Of a DNA stretch of 64,000 nt, positions 44,260 through 61,631 are shown one piece after another. Within the stretch, counting starts at the first letter, position 1, and every line of letters begins with the position of its first letter. The position numbers and the translations under genes are program-made. Under the pieces are notes generated by a model that saw only the letters and a list, made by a program, of their open reading frames with translations, had not been told where the DNA came from and searched no databases. This stretch comes from Escherichia phage vB_EcoM_CRJP21: the sequence record OQ708376.1; one strand, 5' to 3'.

Positions 44260-44892
44260 ATGTCAAAATATAAAAAACTAATGGAAGCAGCTTCTCGTGC
44301 AGAAGCTATGAAGTTTATTCAACTAAATGAATCTAATATTGAAAAAGCAGAAATTGTTCTTTCAGTAAAAGGTGAGATTGTGGATAAACTCCAACGTCAA
44401 TCTGAGGTTATTAACAACATGGGTGTTGACGTACTAGGCCCATTACTTGACCGTATTAAAGCCGAGCAAGGTCTAGATGCTGCACAAAATTTTAGTGATA
44501 ATGTTCGCCATCTACTACAACATGCAGTTACTACCTTAATGGATGTAAAAGACAAAATCAGTACTGAAACACTTAAACTAACTGGTGATATCACTGACGG
44601 TCCAGATGTTTCTGATATTGGAAGTGAAGATGTTGATATTGATATTGCAGCAGATACCCCAACTTTTGATATGGATGCAGACGCAGACTTTGAAGAAGAC
44701 ATTATCTCTGAGCCAGTACCAACTGAACGTGAAATGAAAGAATCTGTTAAACCAAGTAAAGTTGGTGTAAAAATGGAAAGTATTCGCGGAACTGTGGGTA
44801 CTAAATACTTTAGTTCAAAAGAAGAAATGAAAACATGGCTTTCTGAGAATGAAAAGAAAGTTAAACGTGTTCTAGGATACGTTAAAAAATAA
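44260..44892 (+). CDS. Hypothetical acidic protein
   Basis: ATG 44260 with RBS aaggaaat. Confidence 0.45.
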   Translation: MSKYKKLMEAASRAEAMKFIQLNESNIEKAEIVLSVKGEIVDKLQRQSEVINNMGVDVLGPLLDRIKAEQGLDAAQNFSDNVRHLLQHAVTTLMDVKDKISTETLKLTGDITDGPDVSDIGSEDVDIDIAADTPTFDMDADADFEEDIISEPVPTEREMKESVKPSKVGVKMESIRGTVGTKYFSSKEEMKTWLSENEKKVKRVLGYVKK

Positions 44893-44908
44893 TTAAGGAC
44901 AATTCTAC

Positions 44909-45244
44909 ATGAGATTTCGTGATCTTACTGAAGAGGCTCCTGGTAAAGATATACGCAATATGATTACTACTATTGCGTTGTCTTTAGTGTCCACGGGTCG
45001 AGAAGAAGTAAATGTTCAATCTTTGATTTCTGAAATTAAAAAGAGAACCAACATCGATGTTCCATACAATGTAATGATGGACATTTTGAATTCCCTTCCT
45101 TTTGTACAGGATGCTAATTCTGATGTTGTAACTTTTGCAGGAAATTCAGCAGAAGGTTCAGAAGAAGTCGAGCAAGATTCTGAAGAGCAAGTTGAAGATT
45201 GGGCCACAAAAGCTGCTGTGACAGCAAATAAACAAAAAAACTGA
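44909..45244 (+). CDS. Hypothetical protein
   Basis: ORF with RBS aaggac. Confidence 0.45.
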   Translation: MRFRDLTEEAPGKDIRNMITTIALSLVSTGREEVNVQSLISEIKKRTNIDVPYNVMMDILNSLPFVQDANSDVVTFAGNSAEGSEEVEQDSEEQVEDWATKAAVTANKQKN

Positions 45245-45261
45245 GACAAATTAAAATATAA

Positions 45262-45270
45262 TGCTATAAT
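45262..45270 (+). promoter_or_regulatory. Extended -10 promoter variant ATGCTATAAT
   Basis: TGCTATAAT directly upstream of the aggag RBS of the nuclease gene. Confidence 0.4.
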
Positions 45271-45283
45271 TAGGAGTACACGG

Positions 45284-46003
45284 ATGTACACACCACCAAT
45301 TGTTAGCAGATATACATATGTTGGTTACAATAGAATTGAAGGCGGCCCAGAAGGTCGCCTTTATTCAACTCCAACAGGTAATCTGCCGTCAGTAACAACA
45401 ATTCTAAGTGCGACTTCGAATGACGAAGGTTTAAAGAAATGGAGAGAATTTGTTGGTGAAGAAAAGGCTAATGAGATTACATTAGAAGCATGTACAGTTG
45501 GTACTTTTATGCATGAGAACTTGGAATTTAGATTGGAAGGAAAGCCAGACCATGAAGGCGGTATGCCAATTCGAGTTCTTGCACGTAGAATGGCTGACAA
45601 AATTCAGCAAGAAGCATGGCCTAGAATTAATGAAGTATGGGGACAGGAAGTCCCATTGTACTATGAAGGTTTATGGGCCGGAACAACTGATTTAGTAGGT
45701 GTTCATGATGGAATCCCAACCATTATGGATTATAAAAATTCCCGTAAAGTTAAGAAGTGGGGACAAATCGAAAATTATCGTATGCAAATTGCAGCATATG
45801 CATTAGCCCATAATCAAATGTTTGGTACTAATATAGAACGTGGTGTGATTTTCATCTGTGTAAGAAAAGATCCTAACAATCTACAATATCAAGAGTTTGT
45901 CATAGAAGGTCAAGACTTCAAAGATGCAGTCAATATGTGGATTGAACGTGTAGAACAATACTATATTTTACGTGGAGAAATTGAATCAAATGGAGCAGCA
46001 TAA
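45284..46003 (+). CDS. PD-(D/E)xK family nuclease (lambda Exo / YqaJ-like)
   Basis: GTTDLVGVHDG...IMDYKNS...QIAAYA fits the D...(D/E)xK...QxxxY active-site pattern. Confidence 0.45.
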   Translation: MYTPPIVSRYTYVGYNRIEGGPEGRLYSTPTGNLPSVTTILSATSNDEGLKKWREFVGEEKANEITLEACTVGTFMHENLEFRLEGKPDHEGGMPIRVLARRMADKIQQEAWPRINEVWGQEVPLYYEGLWAGTTDLVGVHDGIPTIMDYKNSRKVKKWGQIENYRMQIAAYALAHNQMFGTNIERGVIFICVRKDPNNLQYQEFVIEGQDFKDAVNMWIERVEQYYILRGEIESNGAA

Positions 46004-46544
46004 AAAAATGAAACAAGATCTATATACAATTCGTGCACTAGTAAGTAAAGGTTATGATTTAGAAGAAGTAATTAAACTTAGTGAAGAAGAGATTGATAAA
46101 CTTGATTTATCAAATAAGCTAATTCTAAATATCAAAGATTATAAACAACGTGGTGCTAAACCTGTTGAAGAAATTAAAGAACAAATTGCACAAGATATTA
46201 GTGTTGATGAAGTATCACGCAATGTACCACCAGAAGTTATCCAAGAGTATGTTGTTGATAGTGAAGAACAAGTTAAAGTTTCTGAAGAAGTTGAAATTAT
46301 TGCAGAAGAACTTGCTCCTGAATTGGAAGAAGATGAAGTCGTTATTGAGCGTGTTGTTTCATCTAAAGAAGATTTGGACATTATCAAAGAAGCATTACAG
46401 ACTAAAGAATTTAAAAGTGTTTCCAACTATGTTAAACATTTAAAATCTTTAGTACCAGAACAAATTTTATCTTCTGTAGATAGCTCAGTTGTATCTCAAC
46501 TAATTAATGAGCGTATTGCGGAAGTTAAAGAAAAAGCTAAATAA
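45990..46544 (+). CDS. Hypothetical acidic protein
   Basis: ORF overlapping upstream gene end; E/K-rich. Confidence 0.4.
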   Translation: MEQHKKMKQDLYTIRALVSKGYDLEEVIKLSEEEIDKLDLSNKLILNIKDYKQRGAKPVEEIKEQIAQDISVDEVSRNVPPEVIQEYVVDSEEQVKVSEEVEIIAEELAPELEEDEVVIERVVSSKEDLDIIKEALQTKEFKSVSNYVKHLKSLVPEQILSSVDSSVVSQLINERIAEVKEKAK

Positions 46545-46572
46545 TCCTATAATACTATAGGAGATAGTTTTT

Positions 46573-47154
46573 ATGGCACAACAACAAATTGCTTTACAAC
46601 AAGTAAGAACTGGTAAACAGAGAGACTTACCTGATGCATTAGAAAAAGGTCAGATAGGATTCAGTACTGATGTGGGTCGTGTTTTTATTGGCCTTCCATC
46701 ATCATCTGACCCCGCCAGCTTAGTTGCAGGTAGAACTTGGACTACTGATCCAAATTCAGGTAAAGAAAACGTAGAAATAATTACAGAATTTTCACCGTGG
46801 AGAACGGTATCAAAAATAATTAACAGACCGTTTAAAGTTGATCTTCCACAAAATCAAGAAAGTATAGAAGTTATTCTTGAAAGTGAAAGTAGAGTATTCA
46901 TCGATTATATTGCATATGATGATACCGAAACGGTTTTGGAATCAGGAACTATTCAAATTGTAGCTGCTGGTACAAACACGATGATTGCACAGTCAAATAA
47001 TACAAATAGAACTGACGCAATTATTTCTATCTCATTTGAAGATCCTGCATATGATTCTACAACTGGAAATATGCAATTTAACATAGTTAACTCGGATTAT
47101 TTAAATTCAGGATATCATATAGAATTTGTATATCGTGGGTGGGACAAACCTTAA
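46573..47154 (+). CDS. Hypothetical protein
   Basis: ORF with RBS aggag; followed by terminator. Confidence 0.5.
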   Translation: MAQQQIALQQVRTGKQRDLPDALEKGQIGFSTDVGRVFIGLPSSSDPASLVAGRTWTTDPNSGKENVEIITEFSPWRTVSKIINRPFKVDLPQNQESIEVILESESRVFIDYIAYDDTETVLESGTIQIVAAGTNTMIAQSNNTNRTDAIISISFEDPAYDSTTGNMQFNIVNSDYLNSGYHIEFVYRGWDKP

Positions 47155-47173
47155 AAGGCGTCCCGCCTTTTTC
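47153..47173 (+). terminator. Rho-independent terminator
   Basis: aaaaggcg-tcc-cgccttttt. Confidence 0.65.
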
Positions 47174-47217
47174 TTCCACTAAAAAAAGAAATTTACATCA
47201 AAAAACAAGGATGACAC

Positions 47218-49536
47218 ATGATTAACGTAACCAAGCGTAATGGAATGAAAGAGCCGTTATCATTGGATAAGATCCATCAAATTTTATTTTTCGCTGCTGA
47301 AGGTTTAAGTGGTATTTCAGTTTCTGAAATTGAAATCCGAGCACAGCTTCAGTTTTATGAAGGTATTGAAACTAGTACTATTCATGATATTCTTATTAAA
47401 GCAGCAGCAGAACTTATTTCAGAAGATACACCTAATTACCAATATGTTGCTGGAAGACTATTAAACTATAGTATTCGTAAGCAAGTATATGGGCAGTATG
47501 ACCCAATTAAATATACTGCTCATCTTCAAGAAATGGTTGATACCAAAATATATGATCCTGAAATTCTTGAGAAATATACTCTTCAAGAAATAGAAGAGCT
47601 TGGACGTTATATCAAACATAAACGTGACGATAAATTTACTTATGTTGCTATGCGTCAGTGGGAAGGAAAGTATCTTTATAAAAACCGAGTCACTAAGAAA
47701 ATTTATGAAACCCCACAAATGGCATATATGACTATTGCAGCAATCATCTTTATGGAGTATGATCGTTCTGTACGTATGTCATATGTTAAAAAGTTTTATG
47801 ACGCAGTAAGTAATTTTGACATCAGTCTTCCTACGCCTATTATGGCTGGTCTACGTACAAATACACGTCAGTTTAGCTCTTGTGTAGTACTAAACGTTGG
47901 TGACAGCTTGGATAGTATTGGTTCCTCTAACCACGCTATTCTACGTTATATTTCACGTAAAGCTGGTCTTGGTATTAATATGGGCCGCATTCGTGCTCTG
48001 GACTCCGAGATTCGTTCAGGTGATGCAGTACACACTGGGCTGATTCCGTTCATTGCAGCTACTGCTAAGACTGTTAAAAGCTGTTCACAAGGTGGTGTTC
48101 GTGGTGGTGCAGCAACTGTTCACTTCCCATTGTGGCATTTGGAATTTGATAACTTGGTAGTCCTTAAAAATAACAAAGGTACTGAGTTTAACCGTGTGCG
48201 TCAACTGGACTATTGTTTCCAAGTAAACAAAACTTTATATCAACGTTTGGTTGATGGAAAGAATATTACATTCTTTAGTCCTAATGAAGTCCCTGGGCTA
48301 TATGAAGCATTTTGTTCTGACCAAAAAGAATTTGAAAAACTATATAAAAAATACGAAGCTGACCAAAGCATCCGTAAAAAATCCGTTCCTGCTGTGGAAG
48401 TATTCAGTACTCTAATGACTGAACGTGCAGAAACTGGTCGTATCTATATTCAAAATATTGACCATGCAAACACTCACTCAACATTTATTGAATCAATTGC
48501 TCCAATCGAACAATCCAACTTGTGTCAAGAAATCGCACTACCATCTGTGCCATTTGATGATATTAATACTGGTGAAGGTTTGATTAGCCTATGTACTTTG
48601 AGTGCAATTAACTGGGGTAACTTTGATAAACCAGAAGATATGGAAACTGCGTGTGATCTTTCTGTTCGTGCTCTTGATTCACTATTGGACTATCAAGACT
48701 ACCCAGTAGTTCATGCTGACCGTGCTACAAAAATGTATCGTCCACTAGGTGTTGGTATTATTAACTTTGCATACTTCCTTGCTAAACGTGGTTTACGTTA
48801 TAATGAAGCAGCACTAGAAACAGTTAACGAGTGGGCCGAGGCATGGTCTTACTATCTAATTAAATCTTCTGTACAGCTTGCTAAAGAGAAAGGTAAGTGT
48901 GAAGGATTTGATAATCTAAAATATGCCAAAGGTATCCTTCCAATCGATACTTATAAATCGGACATTGATGAATTAGTAACTAAAGAACTAAAACAAGATT
49001 GGGAATCCTTACGTGCCGATATCAAAGAATATGGTATTCGTAACGCAACAACAATGGCATTAATGCCAGCAGAAACAAGTGCACAAATCAGTAACAGTAC
49101 TAACGGTATTGAAAAGCCACGTTCTCTTGTAACGAAGAAACTATCTAAGGATGGTATTCTTAAACAAGTAGTTCCAGAAATCAATAAGTTGAAAAACAAA
49201 TATGATTTACTATGGGATCAGAAAGATAACATTGGTTATCTACAAATCTGTGGTGTTCTACAAAAATACATTGACCAAAGTATCAGTGTTAATACTAGTT
49301 ATAACCCAATACACTTCCCTGATGGTAAGTTGCCAATGTCAACTCTTCTAACTGAACTTATGTATGCATATAAAGTTGGTTTGAAAAATCTTTATTATCA
49401 TAATACAAATGATGGTTCAGATGAAGTAGACGTTGAAAAAGTACTGAAAGAAGCTGCCAAACCAGAATCTGGACAATTTGTATTACCATCACTTCCTGAT
49501 TTGGATGAAGGTGATTGTGATAGTTGTAAAATCTAA
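47218..49536 (+). CDS. nrdA: Ribonucleoside-diphosphate reductase alpha subunit (class Ia NrdA)
   Basis: N-terminal ATP-cone VTKRNGMKEPLSLDKI; active-site NLCQEIALP; C-terminal redox pair CDSC; 772 aa. Confidence 0.95.
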   Translation: MINVTKRNGMKEPLSLDKIHQILFFAAEGLSGISVSEIEIRAQLQFYEGIETSTIHDILIKAAAELISEDTPNYQYVAGRLLNYSIRKQVYGQYDPIKYTAHLQEMVDTKIYDPEILEKYTLQEIEELGRYIKHKRDDKFTYVAMRQWEGKYLYKNRVTKKIYETPQMAYMTIAAIIFMEYDRSVRMSYVKKFYDAVSNFDISLPTPIMAGLRTNTRQFSSCVVLNVGDSLDSIGSSNHAILRYISRKAGLGINMGRIRALDSEIRSGDAVHTGLIPFIAATAKTVKSCSQGGVRGGAATVHFPLWHLEFDNLVVLKNNKGTEFNRVRQLDYCFQVNKTLYQRLVDGKNITFFSPNEVPGLYEAFCSDQKEFEKLYKKYEADQSIRKKSVPAVEVFSTLMTERAETGRIYIQNIDHANTHSTFIESIAPIEQSNLCQEIALPSVPFDDINTGEGLISLCTLSAINWGNFDKPEDMETACDLSVRALDSLLDYQDYPVVHADRATKMYRPLGVGIINFAYFLAKRGLRYNEAALETVNEWAEAWSYYLIKSSVQLAKEKGKCEGFDNLKYAKGILPIDTYKSDIDELVTKELKQDWESLRADIKEYGIRNATTMALMPAETSAQISNSTNGIEKPRSLVTKKLSKDGILKQVVPEINKLKNKYDLLWDQKDNIGYLQICGVLQKYIDQSISVNTSYNPIHFPDGKLPMSTLLTELMYAYKVGLKNLYYHNTNDGSDEVDVEKVLKEAAKPESGQFVLPSLPDLDEGDCDSCKI

Positions 49537-49542
49537 TTTAAG

Positions 49543-49569
49543 ATCCCGCTTCGGCGGGATTATTATTTC
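49543..49569 (+). terminator. Rho-independent terminator
   Basis: atcccgc-ttcg-gcgggat followed by TATTATTTC. Confidence 0.7.
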
Positions 49570-49590
49570 AAAATATATAAAGGAATATAT

Positions 49591-50715
49591 ATGTCAGTTT
49601 TCAAAATTAACGAGAAGTCTCACCTAGAAAAAAATATGTTTTTTGATGAAAGTGTTGATATCCAACGCTTTGAAAGTAACAAATACTCTACACTTGAAAA
49701 ACTAACAGAGCAACAGAAAAGTTTCTTCTGGACTCCTGGTGAAGTTGACGTATCTAAAGATAAAATTGATTTTGCCAACCTTAATGATTCCGAGAAGCAC
49801 ATTTTTACCTCTAACTTGAAACGTCAAATTCTTCTTGATTCCGTACAAGGTCGTGGTCCAAACCTAATGTTACTTCCATATGCATCTCTACCTGAACTAG
49901 AGAACTTTATAGAGACATGGGCATTCTTTGAAGGTGCGATTCATAGCAAATCATACACTCACATTATTCGTAACATTTATCCTAATCCATCTGAAGTATT
50001 TGATACTATGTTGGACATTCCAGAAATCACAGATTGTGCGGCTGATGTTTCCAAATACTACGATGAACTTGATGTATTAGGAACTTTATACCGTGCATTG
50101 GGAGTTGGGACACATACAATCAATGGTGAAACAGTTGAAATTAGTTTGTACGAACTAAAGAAAAAACTTTGGTTGTGTCTGAATAGTATTAACATTCTTG
50201 AAGGTGTTCGTTTTTATGCAAGCTTTGCGTGTTCTTGGGCGTTTGCTGAAAACAATCTAATGGAAGGTAATGCTAAGATTATCCGTCTAATCTGTCGTGA
50301 TGAAAACCTACACCTAGCAGCAACCCAAATGATTCTACGTCTTCTGAAAAAAGAAGATCCAGATATGGTAAAAATAGCAGAAGAGTGTTATGATGAAGTA
50401 CTGGAAATGTTTATGTCTGCTATCCGTCAAGAAGAAGCTTGGGCAGACTTCCTCTTTAAAGATGGTTCAATCATTGGGCTGAATGCAGAAATCCTAAAAC
50501 AATATGTTCGTTGGATTGGTTCTAAGCGTATGACTGCACTAGGAATTAAATGTCCATATACCGTATCTAAGAGTAACCCACTACCTTGGACTGAGCATTG
50601 GGTTAGTGGTGGTTCAGTACAAGTTGCACCACAAGAAACTGAAATAAGTTCTTATATCATTGGTGGTATTGTGAATGATATCCAAGTAGATACATTCACA
50701 CCATTCAAACTATAA
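49591..50715 (+). CDS. nrdB: Ribonucleoside-diphosphate reductase beta subunit (NrdB)
   Basis: Di-iron/radical site region VRFYASFACSWAFAENNLMEGNAKIIRLICRDENLHL; 374 aa, directly after nrdA. Confidence 0.95.
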   Translation: MSVFKINEKSHLEKNMFFDESVDIQRFESNKYSTLEKLTEQQKSFFWTPGEVDVSKDKIDFANLNDSEKHIFTSNLKRQILLDSVQGRGPNLMLLPYASLPELENFIETWAFFEGAIHSKSYTHIIRNIYPNPSEVFDTMLDIPEITDCAADVSKYYDELDVLGTLYRALGVGTHTINGETVEISLYELKKKLWLCLNSINILEGVRFYASFACSWAFAENNLMEGNAKIIRLICRDENLHLAATQMILRLLKKEDPDMVKIAEECYDEVLEMFMSAIRQEEAWADFLFKDGSIIGLNAEILKQYVRWIGSKRMTALGIKCPYTVSKSNPLPWTEHWVSGGSVQVAPQETEISSYIIGGIVNDIQVDTFTPFKL

Positions 50716-50727
50716 ATTGTAACTAAC

Positions 50728-50752
50728 AGGGATTCTATGAATCCCTTTTCTT
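50728..50752 (+). terminator. Rho-independent terminator
   Basis: agggattc-tat-gaatccct followed by TTTCTT. Confidence 0.7.
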
Positions 50753-50890
50753 ATGGGTATAATATATGAAAGATATTTTTACAATAGATGCTAATGTTAT
50801 ATATGATTTTTATCTTACTGGTGGTGTAAAGGTAACGGGTACTGTGATTGATGTTTGTGATAATGGTATAATCTTAAGTGATGGCACTAG

Positions 50891-52366
<1,476 letters not shown>

Positions 52367-52367
52367 T

Positions 52368-52400
52368 AAAAAAGGAGCAACAAAATGTTGCTCCTTTTAT
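52368..52400. terminator. Bidirectional rho-independent terminator
   Basis: A-run - ggagcaaca-aaa-tgttgctcc - TTTTATTTC between convergent genes. Confidence 0.75.
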
Positions 52401-52401
52401 T

Positions 52402-53804
<1,403 letters not shown>

Positions 53805-53889
53805 TGTTAATCTCCAATCTTATTGTTATTTTTATAAAGTATTTACCCAATTTTACGTTTTACATAGTTTATATGGAGAAAGAAGTAAT

Positions 53890-55192
<1,303 letters not shown>

Positions 55193-55198
55193 CTTGAA

Positions 55199-56563
55199 AT
55201 GTATAAATCAGTCGAGGGAATGATGAGTAAAATTAAGCTTACGGATAAGCAACAAGAAATCTTTGATGATTTTATAGATCGTGTTTACAACTATGCAGGT
55301 AAAACAATTTCAGTTTTATCTGCACCAGCAGGAACTGGAAAAACATTCACTACTGCTGAGATTGTAAAAGCACTATGTAAAAATTATAATATTGCAGTAA
55401 CTTCACCTACACATAAAGCCAATGCTGTTATTCGTAATATGCTAATTAATAATGCTGGTCTTACTAAGGAAGATGCACAAGTTAGTACTATACACTCTTT
55501 TTTAGGATTAAAATTAGTATATGAAAAGAATCGTCAAGTACTGAAGCATGATCCACAAAGTAAAGTTAGTAATACTAACGTTGACATTCTTATTGTTGAT
55601 GAGTGTAGTATGATTTCAGATGAACTATTCCAGCACATACAAGACCAATTGTGGCGTGTCCGTCGAGCAGTTTTATTCATTGGTGATCGTTGTCAATTGC
55701 CTCCAGTTGAGTCAGAAGGAACAATGGGCGAGACTAAATTGTCTCCTACGTTTGATGTACCTGTTCAATATGAGTTAACTGAGGTTTTACGACAAGCATT
55801 AGATAATCCGATTCTGGCAGTTGCAACTGCTATTCGTGAGTGTATTGGAACTAGTAAAAATCCATTTGATATTATGCACCAAACATATGGTTTAAGCACT
55901 ATTACACCTATTGATGATGAAGATTTGTTTTTGAATGTTTATCGTGAATTCATTATGGAAAACAAGGGGTCATCTAAAAAAATATTTGATTTCGTAAATG
56001 AAAATAAAATCTTAGCATATACTAACTATAGAGTTAATTTGGCTAATATCTACATTAGAAGTCAACTATTTGAAGTACCAGATGAATTTACTAAAGGTGA
56101 GCCAATTGTTTTTGAAAGCATAACTGAGAATAGTCCATATGTAGTACAACAAATTATACAATGTCCTGAAGTAAAACGTGAAAGTTTCATGGGAATAGAT
56201 TGTTGGCAATTCCGTTTACCTAATGGTAGTTATATTTTAGGTGTAGGACCAGAAACAAGAATTGCAATGGACGAAAAACTTGATAAACTTGTTAAGGATA
56301 TTGAGAAAAAAGAAATAAATCCATTGACAAAGAAACCATATATGTGGCAGGATTACTATGTAATTAAGAACAAATTACATATCATCAATTATCCTTATGC
56401 AACCACTGTTCATAAATCACAAGGAAGTACTTTTGATAACATTTGGTTTGATACTGATTTTATTGAACGTATTGGTACAAATGATACTAAGTGTAGAATT
56501 TTATACACTGCCATGACACGCCCACGCTATAGTGTTATGTTGAGGCAAAATGCACGATTCTAA
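55199..56563 (+). CDS. SF1 DNA helicase (Dda/RecD-like)
   Basis: Walker A SAPAGTGKT; Walker B ILIVDECSMI; motif V-VI ATTVHKSQGSTFDNIW. Confidence 0.85.
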   Translation: MYKSVEGMMSKIKLTDKQQEIFDDFIDRVYNYAGKTISVLSAPAGTGKTFTTAEIVKALCKNYNIAVTSPTHKANAVIRNMLINNAGLTKEDAQVSTIHSFLGLKLVYEKNRQVLKHDPQSKVSNTNVDILIVDECSMISDELFQHIQDQLWRVRRAVLFIGDRCQLPPVESEGTMGETKLSPTFDVPVQYELTEVLRQALDNPILAVATAIRECIGTSKNPFDIMHQTYGLSTITPIDDEDLFLNVYREFIMENKGSSKKIFDFVNENKILAYTNYRVNLANIYIRSQLFEVPDEFTKGEPIVFESITENSPYVVQQIIQCPEVKRESFMGIDCWQFRLPNGSYILGVGPETRIAMDEKLDKLVKDIEKKEINPLTKKPYMWQDYYVIKNKLHIINYPYATTVHKSQGSTFDNIWFDTDFIERIGTNDTKCRILYTAMTRPRYSVMLRQNARF

Positions 56564-56646
56564 AAGACTAAATGTTATACGTAAATATTTTTGATTTTTA
56601 ATAATAAATAATCAAAAGTGTTTTGTATTATGGAGAAGAATATACA

Positions 56647-57213
56647 ATGAACAATTTACTACAAGTATTTAAAATTGAAGTTGCAGGGACGAACCTAGAT
56701 AATATCCCATATTATATGTATGGTGATTATGATTCATCTTCCCCAACAACCGCACCGACTGACCAGCAAACTATTGATAAGTCAATTGCACTTTTGCGTT
56801 ACCTACAACTTTCTCGTTTGCTTTCAACTTATTCAGTACCAGTTTATAGCAATGTTGAATTTGCTACACCAGGAACTGCAAAAACGATTCCAACTGGTGC
56901 AACAATCACCGTTGGATATATTAGTTATCAACCTTTTCTTAGTACTTTGAGTGTTGAAGAACAAGCAGCACTAACTACTGAAGATATGAAAACAGCAAAA
57001 GCTGCTGAGATTATCCAAACACTAATCAATGATTCATTGAAAGGTAATGGCACTAATGCACTAGAAAATGAAGAAATTACTGTACAAAAAACCATACAAC
57101 GTATCAAGAATGCTCTTACTACGAGTACTGTTGATTTCATTGAGTATGAGAACGTGTATCTTAATGTTCCTTCTGTTTCTGATGCATCTGTAGTATCTTA
57201 CGTTAAATTATAA
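56647..57213 (+). CDS. Hypothetical protein
   Basis: RBS GGAG 56632-56635; ATG 56647. Confidence 0.45.
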   Translation: MNNLLQVFKIEVAGTNLDNIPYYMYGDYDSSSPTTAPTDQQTIDKSIALLRYLQLSRLLSTYSVPVYSNVEFATPGTAKTIPTGATITVGYISYQPFLSTLSVEEQAALTTEDMKTAKAAEIIQTLINDSLKGNGTNALENEEITVQKTIQRIKNALTTSTVDFIEYENVYLNVPSVSDASVVSYVKL

Positions 57214-57236
57214 TTTTATAACATGGAGTTCTTGAC

Positions 57237-57431
57237 ATGACTGACAAAACATTTTATGATCGTATTATTGAAGACAAGGGAGTTTTTGATAAGGTAGTTT
57301 ATGACCTAGAACTTATGATCAAAGACGCACCGAACCCCCGTGTGCGAACCCAAGCAGAATTTGCAAAAACTTATCTTGTTCAAGTTCAAGCAATCTGTGA
57401 AGCAATTAAAAAACACAATGATAGTGCTTGA
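57237..57431 (+). CDS. Hypothetical small protein
   Basis: RBS ggag; 64 aa. Confidence 0.4.
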   Translation: MTDKTFYDRIIEDKGVFDKVVYDLELMIKDAPNPRVRTQAEFAKTYLVQVQAICEAIKKHNDSA

Positions 57432-57456
57432 CAGAACTAATGTTCTATCCTATAAT
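57428..57456 (+). promoter_or_regulatory. Consensus sigma70-type promoter (TTGACA-N17-TATAAT) for IF3/ClpS unit
   Basis: TTGACA 57428-57433, 17-nt spacer, TATAAT 57451-57456; about 45 nt upstream of ATG 57501. Confidence 0.65.
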
Positions 57457-57500
57457 TACTATCGAACAAAACATTAAAATCATATTGGAGCTTTTATTAC

Positions 57501-58563
<1,063 letters not shown>

Positions 58564-58575
58564 AATATAGACTTA

Positions 58576-60740
<2,165 letters not shown>

Positions 60741-60741
<1 letters not shown>

Positions 60742-61532
60742 TGCCAAGTAAGAGTAAAAGTCAGGCTAAATTCTTCGCAGCCGCCGCACACAATCCAGAA
60801 TTTGCAAAGAAAGCTGGAATTTCGCAAAGTGCTGCTAAAGAATGGAATGCCGCTGATGAAAAGGAAGGAAATCTTAAAAAAAGTTCTAAACTTCCTAATA
60901 AAGTAAAAGAAGCAAGTATGCGTAGTTTAGTCGATATTGTACAAGATGCAGAATTAGCTGATACAGACGACAGAACTTGTGATATAATGGATTCATGTGA
61001 AGACGACAAAGATAAGTTGGATGAAATGCCACAACGTTTCGATAGTTTTCAAGGTCAAGACCGAGACGAGTTTGTCGATAAAACTGCCGAAATGACAGGT
61101 AAGCACAACATGGTTAAGTTCGCAGAACATAAAGACTATGATGTATATATGAACAAAAACGGTACTGGATTTATCGCTTACGATAAGTCTGGTAAACAGC
61201 TTGCTATAGTTAGTGGGCATTTATCCAATGATGCAGTACTTGGTGTTCAAAACGTTTTTGAAATTGCCGCAACTGCATCTAAAACTGGAACTAAAGGTAT
61301 AATTTATAATATTTTTATGGATATGATATCACATGGTATTAAAGTTCTGAGTGATAGTCTGCATACTGATGATGCAATTAAATTCTGGACCCGTTTAATT
61401 GGTTCCCATCAAGTTTATATTGTTGGTGGTGGTGAAGTACTTGCAAAGGCGAGTCCAGATAAGGTTCATAAGTACTGGAGTGATGATGAATCAAGTCCAA
61501 GTGCCGAACTTCAACTTATGTTAGTAAAATAA
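60741..61532 (+). CDS. Hypothetical protein with DUF3008-like N-terminus
   Basis: N-terminus MPSKSKSQAKFFAAAAHNPEFAKKAG; RBS agggag. Confidence 0.45.
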
Positions 61533-61537
61533 TAATA

Positions 61538-61570
61538 TATCGGGACAAATTGTTCCGATATTTTTTTTTG
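61538..61570 (+). terminator. Rho-independent terminator
   Basis: tatcgggacaa-a-ttgttccgata followed by T9. Confidence 0.75.
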
Positions 61571-61631
61571 AGACAAACAAAACATTGGTGATACAATGTT
61601 TTATGACAAAGAGACATGATAAGGAATTCAA